Below, piece after piece: positions 57,492 to 64,000 of a stretch of 64,000 bases of DNA (position 1 is the first letter of the stretch; each line of letters opens with the position of its first letter). A program made the position numbers and the translations under genes. The stretch spans positions 42,150 to 106,149 of the forward strand of contig NZ_JAWFZJ010000004.1 of assembly GCF_032550495.1 (NCBI RefSeq), in the 5' to 3' direction. Source of the stretch: Veillonella parvula (GTDB lineage: Bacteria > Bacillota > Negativicutes > Veillonellales > Veillonellaceae). The notes beneath the pieces were generated by a model, which ran no database searches, was not told where the DNA came from, and saw only the letters and a program-made list of their open reading frames with translations.

Positions 57492-59012
57492 TTATTCAGC
57501 TGCTTCTTCAGCTTCAATATGCTTAGGAGCTTCTGGTTTCATCAACGGGAACAATAATACATCGCGAATGGATGCAGAATCTGTTAAGAACATAACAAGA
57601 CGGTCGATACCAACACCAAGACCAGCTGTTGGAGGCAAGCCGTACTCAAGAGCTGTTACGAAGTCCTCATCCATACGATGAGCTTCATCGTCGCCCGCTT
57701 CACGTTCTTTTAATTGATCCAAGAAACGTTGTTTTTGGTCGATTGGATCATTTAACTCGGAGAAGCCATTTGCCAATTCACGACCATAGATGAAAGCTTC
57801 AAAACGTTCTGTAGCCAATGGATTTTCACGACTTGCTTTAGCAAGTGGAGAAATCTCTTTAGGATGACCATATACGATAGTTGGCTGAATCAAGTTTTCT
57901 TCTACATAATCTTCGAAGCAAAGATTTAAGATTTTACCAATACCATCATTTTCTGTGTATTCTACATTTAAGCGATCAGCAATAGCACGAGCTTCTTCTA
58001 TAGTTGTGACTGCATCAAAATCTTCACCAGTGTATTTTTTTACACCTTCAGCCATTGTGATACGATTCCAAGGAGGAGTCAAATTAATTTCTGTACCTTG
58101 GTATGTAATTTCTTGTGTACCAAGTACTTCTTGAGCACAGTAGGACACAAGATTTTCTGTTAAGCGAATGGCATCCTCTACATCGCCATAAGCTTGATAA
58201 GATTCAATAGTAGTAAATTCTGGATTATGACGATTATCGATACCTTCGTTACGGAAGCAACGGTTCATTTCGAACACGCGGTCCATACCACCAACGATTA
58301 AACGTTTTAGGTACAATTCTGGTGCAATACGCATATAAATATCGATATCAAGCGCATTATGGTGAGTGATGAATGGACGTGCAGCAGCACCACCAGGGAT
58401 AGCATGCATCATCGGTGTTTCCACTTCCATGAAGCCATCACGCATCATGTATTCACGAATTTTAGCAACGATTTGAGAGCGTTTTACAAATGTATCACGT
58501 ACTTCAGGATTTACAATCAAATCAACATAACGTTGACGGTAACGAAGTTCTGTATCCTTTAATCCATGCCATTTTTCTGGTAATGGACGTAAAGACTTAG
58601 ATAACAATGTTAATTTATTAACTTTAATGGTAACTTCACCAGTATGAGTTTTAAATACGTGACCTTCTACGCCGATGATATCACCTATATCAAGCATTTT
58701 AACGTATTTATAAGCCTCTTCGCCCAAAACATCTTTACGGAAGTATACTTGAATATCACCAGATTTATCACGAATATTCGCAAATGCCGTTTTACCATGG
58801 GAACGGATTGTCATCAAACGACCTGCAATAACTACAGGCTGACCATCATATTTCAAGAAGAAGTCTTCTTTAATGTCTTTTGCGTAATCTTTTACGACAA
58901 AACGTTGGCCAAATGGGTAAATACCATCAGCTTCATATTCGGCTAATTTATCGCGGCGAATTTGCATTTGCTCATTCAGCTCTTCTTGTATATTTTTAAT
59001 TTCTTCACTCAT
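57492..59012 (-). CDS. lysS: Lysine--tRNA ligase (class II)
   Basis: 506 aa. OB-fold anticodon-binding domain and class II motifs ([22 protein letters not shown]). Confidence 0.95.
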   Translation of the reverse strand: MSEEIKNIQEELNEQMQIRRDKLAEYEADGIYPFGQRFVVKDYAKDIKEDFFLKYDGQPVVIAGRLMTIRSHGKTAFANIRDKSGDIQVYFRKDVLGEEAYKYVKMLDIGDIIGVEGHVFKTHTGEVTIKVNKLTLLSKSLRPLPEKWHGLKDTELRYRQRYVDLIVNPEVRDTFVKRSQIVAKIREYMMRDGFMEVETPMMHAIPGGAAARPFITHHNALDIDIYMRIAPELYLKRLIVGGMDRVFEMNRCFRNEGIDNRHNPEFTTIESYQAYGDVEDAIRLTENLVSYCAQEVLGTQEITYQGTEINLTPPWNRITMAEGVKKYTGEDFDAVTTIEEARAIADRLNVEYTENDGIGKILNLCFEDYVEENLIQPTIVYGHPKEISPLAKASRENPLATERFEAFIYGRELANGFSELNDPIDQKQRFLDQLKEREAGDDEAHRMDEDFVTALEYGLPPTAGLGVGIDRLVMFLTDSASIRDVLLFPLMKPEAPKHIEAEEAAE

Positions 59013-59041
59013 GTTATCGCCTCTTTGTCGGTAATTGTAAA

Positions 59042-59515
59042 TTATTGGATTGCTAACACTTTGAATGTTACAGGACCATCTGGTGTGGAAACCTCTACTT
59101 CATCGCCCTTACGTTTACCCAAAATAGCTTTACCTACAGGAGATTCATTAGAGATACGATTGTTAAATGGATCCGCTTCAGAGGAACCAACGATAACATA
59201 TTCCAATTCATCGTTGTACATAGTGTCAAGTACAGTAACTTTACTACCTACAGATACAACGTCACCTTTTACAGATTCATCGATGATCTTCGCAGTGTTA
59301 ATCTTATTCTCTAACTCTACAATATGACCTTCAATAAAAGCTTGTTCATTTTTTGCATCATCATATTCAGAGTTTTCACTGATATCGCCATATTCAATAG
59401 CAGTTTTAATACGTTCAGATACTTCAATACGGCGTACAGATTTATAGTACGCTAATTCTTCTTCTAACTTCTTTAAACCTTCGGCGGTGAGTAATGTTTC
59501 TTTTACGTCTGCCAT
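59042..59515 (-). CDS. greA: Transcription elongation factor GreA
   Basis: 157 aa. Coiled-coil N-terminus with acidic tip ([10 protein letters not shown]) and the C-terminal GreA/B domain. Confidence 0.95.
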   Translation of the reverse strand: MADVKETLLTAEGLKKLEEELAYYKSVRRIEVSERIKTAIEYGDISENSEYDDAKNEQAFIEGHIVELENKINTAKIIDESVKGDVVSVGSKVTVLDTMYNDELEYVIVGSSEADPFNNRISNESPVGKAILGKRKGDEVEVSTPDGPVTFKVLAIQ

Positions 59516-59548
59516 GGGTACCCCACTCTTTCTACATATAAATAATAA

Positions 59549-59577
59549 GAAAAAGTGTCATAATAAGATGACACCTT
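59549..59577 (-). terminator. Intrinsic terminator-like hairpin inside the greA leader
   Basis: Minus strand GUGUCAUCUUAUUAUGACAC followed by U5. It lies between a consensus promoter (59605-59633) and the greA ATG (59515). Confidence 0.5.
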
Positions 59578-59604
59578 ATCTCTTGTTTCTAAATTATCTC
59601 AATC

Positions 59605-59633
59605 ATTATATAAAAATACTATTTATTTGTCAA
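59605..59633 (-). promoter_or_regulatory. Consensus SigA promoter of greA(-lysS)
   Basis: Minus strand TTGACA-17 nt-TATAAT, starting 6 nt after the dusB stop codon. Confidence 0.65.
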
Positions 59634-59638
59634 TCTGA

Positions 59639-60625
59639 CTACCCTTCGGACAGTATTTTGCGATATGATTCTAGCTCATTGTGAAAGCTCGTTACAGTAT
59701 GAATTGTATTCACTCGATTGCGCCAATATGCAGATTCCGGAAGTCCCTTCATATACCAGCCCGCATGAGTGCGTATCTCCTTAACGGCCATACTTTCACC
59801 CTTGTATTGGCATAACAAGTCAAAATGCTTTAATAACATATCTAGACGCTCTATATCGGTCGGAGCCGGCAATACTTCACCAGTGGCTAAATAATGATGA
59901 ATACGACCAAAGATCCAAGGATTCCCCTGTGCACCACGGCCTACCATTACAGCATCACAACCGGTTTCATCAAGCATTTGCTTAGCATCTTCAGGATTCA
60001 CTATATCTCCATTGCCAAGTACGGGTACAGATACCGCTTCTTTCACAGCCTTAATATAAGACCAGTCCGCATGTCCACTATACATTTGCTCCTTTGTACG
60101 CCCATGTACGGCTATAGCAGCCACACCTGTAGACTCAATGCGTTTTGCAAAATCCACAACATTAATAGAGTCACTATCCCAACCGATACGCATTTTTACA
60201 GTAACAGGTACATCAACAGCCTCAACAGCGGCTTCTGCAACACGTGCCGCTAGATCAGGATTTTTCATAAGTGCCGAACCATCGCCAGAGGTAACTACCT
60301 TTTTTACAGGACAGCCCATGTTTATATCTACAATATCGGCACCCGCATCGGCCACAACCTTAGCCCCCAAAGCGATTGCTTCTGGATTAGAGCCAAAAAT
60401 TTGCATGGATACAGGACGTTCTGCCTCTTCAATGCGCAATAATTCATGAGTACGTTCATTCTTATATTTAATGCCCATAGCACTGACCATTTCGGTACAT
60501 ACCAAGGCTGCACCTTGTTCTTTGGCCAGTAGTCGATACGCAATATCGCTAACCCCTGCCATAGGCGCTAATATGGCTTGACCATCAATTTTGACAGCCC
60601 CAATTTGCCACTGTTTATTATTCAT
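59639..60625 (-). CDS. dusB: tRNA dihydrouridine synthase
   Basis: 328 aa. LAPMAGVSD, INMGCP and catalytic-Cys region typical of DusB. Confidence 0.9.
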   Translation of the reverse strand: MNNKQWQIGAVKIDGQAILAPMAGVSDIAYRLLAKEQGAALVCTEMVSAMGIKYKNERTHELLRIEEAERPVSMQIFGSNPEAIALGAKVVADAGADIVDINMGCPVKKVVTSGDGSALMKNPDLAARVAEAAVEAVDVPVTVKMRIGWDSDSINVVDFAKRIESTGVAAIAVHGRTKEQMYSGHADWSYIKAVKEAVSVPVLGNGDIVNPEDAKQMLDETGCDAVMVGRGAQGNPWIFGRIHHYLATGEVLPAPTDIERLDMLLKHFDLLCQYKGESMAVKEIRTHAGWYMKGLPESAYWRNRVNTIHTVTSFHNELESYRKILSEG

Positions 60626-60644
60626 ATAATTCTATTTCCCTTAA

Positions 60645-60672
60645 TAAAAAAGGTACAGCATAAGCTGTACCC
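60645..60672 (-). terminator. Rho-independent terminator after coaX
   Basis: Minus strand GGUACAGCUUAUGCUGUACC followed by U6. It lies only ~20 nt before the dusB ATG. Confidence 0.75.
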
Positions 60673-60719
60673 GAATGTACACTACTTCGTTACCTATACG
60701 TAACTATATTATAGTAGCA

Positions 60720-61487
60720 TTATTTATTTCTTTCGTAAATAAGGCGTAAGCCTTCTAATGTAAGCATAGGTTCTACATGGTCAATGCAGTCTGTAGCACT
60801 GCTAATAAGCTGTGCCAAACCACCTGTAGCCACTACAGTTACATGATTTCCCATTTCCGCTTTCATACGAGACACGAGGCCTTCTACTTGACCTACATAA
60901 CCGTAGAACATACCAGATTGCATAGAAGACACCGTATTCCGGCAAATGACTTGCCCAGGGTCTCTCACATCGATACGAGGTAATTTGGCCGCCCGTTGGA
61001 ATAAAGCCTCTGCAGAAATTGTTACCCCTGGAGTAATAACCCCGCCCATATAATCGCCATTACCTTGTACCGCACAATAAGTTGTAGCCGTACCAAAATC
61101 GATGATAATTAAATCGCCCTTATAAAGCTCATGTGCTGCTACAGCATTTACAATACGGTCAGCCCCTACTTCACGAGGATTATCATACTTAATAGCGATG
61201 CCAGTTTTAGTACCTGGACCTACAATAAGAGGATTTACATTAAAGTAGCGCAAACACACGCGCTCTAATGTAGGCATTAATGGTGGTACAACCGAGGAAA
61301 TAATGATAGCATTAATATCTTTTACATCAACCTTACGGTCGTGAAAGAATAAGTTCATCATCAGCATGCCATATTCATCGGTGGTACGGACCCGATCTGT
61401 GGAAATACGCCAGTGACCCACAAGTTCTGTCTTGTCGTATACACCGAGAACAATATTGGTGTTTCCCACATCAATTACTAATAACAT
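60720..61487 (-). CDS. coaX: Type III pantothenate kinase
   Basis: 255 aa. [12 protein letters not shown]-terminus, DFGTATT and GGLA motifs. Confidence 0.92.
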   Translation of the reverse strand: MLLVIDVGNTNIVLGVYDKTELVGHWRISTDRVRTTDEYGMLMMNLFFHDRKVDVKDINAIIISSVVPPLMPTLERVCLRYFNVNPLIVGPGTKTGIAIKYDNPREVGADRIVNAVAAHELYKGDLIIIDFGTATTYCAVQGNGDYMGGVITPGVTISAEALFQRAAKLPRIDVRDPGQVICRNTVSSMQSGMFYGYVGQVEGLVSRMKAEMGNHVTVVATGGLAQLISSATDCIDHVEPMLTLEGLRLIYERNK

Positions 61488-61496
61488 TAATGCCTC

Positions 61497-62471
61497 CTAT
61501 TTACGTGGACGAATTGATACGTCCCCTGCCACAATACGTTTAATTGTCCCATCTGAGATTCTTACTAATAAATTACCATCTTCATCAATATCTGTAGCTA
61601 CCCCTTCATAGGTATTGCCAGGAGCACGCACTTCAATTTCTTCACCGAGCGTAACAGATAATTGCCTCCATTCATTAAGGGTTTCTTCAAAGCCGCTATC
61701 GAGCACTTCATAATATTGATGTTCTAATTCTTCTAATATAAGTCTAAATGCTTCTGTGCGCTCAATATCAATATCTTCCATCGCAAGGGATGTAGCAATT
61801 AATTTCAACTCTTCTGGTAATTCTTCTTGTTTTGTTTTTACGTTGACCCCAATGCCCATTACAATATGAGAAATTTCTTCCATAGAACCAGACATTTCTG
61901 TCAAAATACCTACTAGCTTACGACCATTCACAAGAATATCATTAGGCCACTTTATCCCCGCATCGGTGAGCCCCATCTTATGAAATGCCTTCGTCAAAGC
62001 TACAGCAGCCATCAAAGTACACTTTGGAGCCTCTACAGGTGGAAAATCAGGCCGTAAAATCAAGCTAAACCACAAGCCTTTGCCAAATGGAGAATACCAA
62101 CCGCGAGATAAACGCCCACGACCAGCAGCCTGTTCCTCAGTAACCACAACCGTACCTTCTTCTGCACCTTGTTGAGCTAAACGACGAGCTTCTAAGTTCG
62201 TAGACTCCGTGGTATCCATATAAACATATCGTTTACCAAATACATCTGTTTTTAAGATTTGTTTCATTGCCAAGGGGCTCAACAAATCAGGTTCTTCCAA
62301 TAATCGATACCCTCTCTTGGTATAAGATTCAATTTTGTAGCCTTTTTGACGTAACGCCTTGATATGTTTCCAAATAGCTGTGCGCGAAACATGGCAGGCT
62401 TCGGACATATCTTGTCCCGATACGAAACTACCTTGGTTTTGTCTCAAGAATTCTAGCACTTCATCACGCAT
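61497..62471 (-). CDS. birA: Bifunctional biotin--[acetyl-CoA-carboxylase] ligase / biotin operon repressor
   Basis: 324 aa. N-terminal winged-HTH (SGQDMSEACHVSRTAIWKHIKALRQKGY), GRGRLSRGW biotin-binding loop, C-terminal SH3-like domain. Confidence 0.92.
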   Translation of the reverse strand: MRDEVLEFLRQNQGSFVSGQDMSEACHVSRTAIWKHIKALRQKGYKIESYTKRGYRLLEEPDLLSPLAMKQILKTDVFGKRYVYMDTTESTNLEARRLAQQGAEEGTVVVTEEQAAGRGRLSRGWYSPFGKGLWFSLILRPDFPPVEAPKCTLMAAVALTKAFHKMGLTDAGIKWPNDILVNGRKLVGILTEMSGSMEEISHIVMGIGVNVKTKQEELPEELKLIATSLAMEDIDIERTEAFRLILEELEHQYYEVLDSGFEETLNEWRQLSVTLGEEIEVRAPGNTYEGVATDIDEDGNLLVRISDGTIKRIVAGDVSIRPRK

Positions 62472-62489
62472 AGTTTAGAGCCCCTTTCT

Positions 62490-62523
62490 TTGTCAACCTA
62501 GGTTTACAATTCGATTGTACAAG
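62490..62523. promoter_or_regulatory. Candidate BirA operator with three TTGTAAACC-type half-sites
   Basis: Plus strand TTGTCAACC-TA-GGTTTACAA-TTCGA-TTGTACAAG. The half-sites resemble E. coli bioO (TTGTAAACC/GGTTTACAA). The site overlaps the -10 and predicted TSS of the birA promoter. Confidence 0.45.
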
Positions 62524-62542
62524 TGTCCCCTTCAAAATGCAA
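62514..62542 (-). promoter_or_regulatory. SigA-type promoter of birA-coaX
   Basis: Minus strand TTGCAT-17 nt-TACAAT, about 45 nt upstream of the birA ATG. Confidence 0.5.
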
Positions 62543-62562
62543 GGATTATTTAAAATAATTAA

Positions 62563-62571
62563 TGGTATAAT
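62563..62571 (+). promoter_or_regulatory. Extended -10 promoter element (TGGTATAAT) for the thrE-like gene
   Basis: The plus strand reads TGGTATAAT about 72 nt upstream of ATG 62643. Confidence 0.45.
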
Positions 62572-62642
62572 GTATATAGTATAAAGGTATACATAAAAAA
62601 ATAGATAACAATAATGCTATCTATTATCCTTCGGAGAGATAT

Positions 62643-63986
62643 ATGAAACAGTTTACATTAGAAGAGAAAAATCAAGTTTTAGAGAACCCTTTTATCCATA
62701 TTCATCGAAAACTGGATGTACTACTCAACATAGGGAAGTTACTAATGGAATGTGGGGCAAATACAAATCGAATCATTGAGGAAATGCTAAAAGCCGCAAC
62801 ATTTATGGGAATTCCTCATGATTACTTAAATATCCATATTTCATATACCACTATTATGGTCAATCTATTACACAAAGAACGATCCATAACGGTCTTCAGA
62901 AAAACACCGGTTCATATTCCGAATATGGCTATGATCAATGCCGTATCAAAGCTCACATGGCGCGCCTTTGAGCGACATTACTCACTAACGACCTATGAAC
63001 GACTAATTGCCAAACTGGATACAACTATACCGACGTATCCAAACTGGATAAAAGGACTAGCTTGTGCACTAGGATCGGCAGGTCTTGCATACCTTTACAG
63101 TGGCGATATTATCGCATTCATTGTTACTATCATATGTTCTAGTATTGGTTATTTTACGCGCACCCTATCATGTAGATTAGGGCTTAATGAATATGTAGGA
63201 ATCGCATTAGGCGGATTTGCTGCCATGATATCGGCTTATGCTTTTTATAGTCATGTAAATAATGAATCCTTACTATATGTACTCGTTTGCTGCACCTTGT
63301 TCATGATTCCTGGGGTACCATTGATCAATTGTGTCATCGATATCATTAATAATCATATTTTATCGGGCATGACACGAGCCATTAGAACGCTACTCATCGT
63401 GGGTAGCATGACTTTAGGTATGGCCATGGCACTCTATTTTAGCCCTGCACCGGCATTTAATTTCGTTGATATTAAACCTCATGTTATTTCCATAGAGCAA
63501 GTTATCGGTTCTTTTACAGCTGCAGCCGCTTTTGCGGTTCTTTTTAATGCTCCTGTCAGACTATTAGTATCCATTGGTATTGGTGGGGTACTATGTGTAT
63601 GTATTCGCAATATACTATCCGTAGAATTAGGATTTTCTACACCAGGTGCTACCTTTATTGGTGCTGCCATAATGAGTATTATTTTTGTAAAAGTTTCTAC
63701 TTGGCTAAAAACATCTAGCACTATCATTATTGTACCATCTGCCATCGCATTAATGCCCGGTATACTGTACTACCGATTTCTCTTCGATATGTTACATATC
63801 AATGCATTAAATGATGCTAGTCTAATCCTTATGATACAAAATGGTGTAACTGGCACATTTACAACTATAGCTATAGCAATCGGTGTAGCTATACCAAATG
63901 TTTTGGCACAAAAATATTTGCAAAAACTAAAAGAACAGCGCATGACAGAGCTTCTTGCCACACGTCATATAAACGATGGACAGTAA
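62643..63986 (+). CDS. Threonine/serine exporter family protein (fused ThrE/DUF1212 and DUF3815 halves)
   Basis: 447 aa. N-terminal soluble segment, then about 10 TM helices in two homologous halves, resembling fused YjjP/YjjB. It is the only plus-strand gene in the window. Confidence 0.65.
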   Translation: MKQFTLEEKNQVLENPFIHIHRKLDVLLNIGKLLMECGANTNRIIEEMLKAATFMGIPHDYLNIHISYTTIMVNLLHKERSITVFRKTPVHIPNMAMINAVSKLTWRAFERHYSLTTYERLIAKLDTTIPTYPNWIKGLACALGSAGLAYLYSGDIIAFIVTIICSSIGYFTRTLSCRLGLNEYVGIALGGFAAMISAYAFYSHVNNESLLYVLVCCTLFMIPGVPLINCVIDIINNHILSGMTRAIRTLLIVGSMTLGMAMALYFSPAPAFNFVDIKPHVISIEQVIGSFTAAAAFAVLFNAPVRLLVSIGIGGVLCVCIRNILSVELGFSTPGATFIGAAIMSIIFVKVSTWLKTSSTIIIVPSAIALMPGILYYRFLFDMLHINALNDASLILMIQNGVTGTFTTIAIAIGVAIPNVLAQKYLQKLKEQRMTELLATRHINDGQ

Positions 63987-64000
63987 AAAAAGAGCTAGCC

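Noticed and set aside
1-64000. A search for mobile elements, prophage, defence systems, toxin-antitoxin pairs, or rRNA/tRNA genes.
   Set aside because: No integrase, transposase or recombinase ORFs were found. No inverted terminal repeats, no cloverleaf-capable GC-rich segments in the gaps, and no compositional island were seen. Every ORF over 90 aa that is not a shadow ORF has a housekeeping or envelope assignment.

Overview
The window is almost entirely one co-directional, minus-strand block from a low-GC diderm Firmicute. SLH-anchored OmpM-type porins and the base composition point to Negativicutes, probably Veillonella or a close relative. No rRNA, tRNA, CRISPR array, transposase, integrase or phage genes were seen.

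Gene order from high to low coordinates:
- One plus-strand gene, thrE-like.
- Housekeeping genes: birA-coaX-dusB, greA-lysS, a purine permease plus guanine deaminase pair behind a purine riboswitch, a CDF transporter, serS, fsa, glpX, murA and an mreB/mbl-like gene.
- A roughly 36 kb outer-membrane (OM) biogenesis supercluster, in this order: AMIN-domain protein; secreted lipoyl-like miniprotein; S55 SpoIVB-like peptidase; mlaE-mlaF-mlaD; tolC; tamB; bamA; three skp paralogues; lpxD; an acyltransferase; lpxC-fabZ-lpxA; lpxI-lpxB-msbA-waaA-lpxK-kdsB-kdsA-kdsD-kdsC; a second acyltransferase; lptC-lptA-lptB with a single lptF/G; and a DUF3084 gene.
- A yqgF-like/yitT/lepB operon.
- Three tandem monocistronic ompM paralogues.
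- HAD-rapZ-yvcK.

Many junctions are translationally coupled, with 1-nt TAATG or 4-nt ATGA overlaps.

Most of the OM locus matches what is already known for Negativicutes. The items worth a second look are:
- The uncharacterised genes co-transcribed with known OM machinery: DUF3084, the S55 peptidase with apparently swapped Ser/His motif order, the lipoyl-like miniprotein and the AMIN protein.
- The MlaD-beta-barrel fusion.
- The conserved ompM promoters and leaders.
- A guanine-class riboswitch wired as a predicted ON switch.
- A terminator inside the greA leader.
- A three-half-site BirA-type operator.
- An open, basic N-terminal extension on the MreB-like ORF.

All RNA structure, motif and homology calls were made by eye, without database searches.
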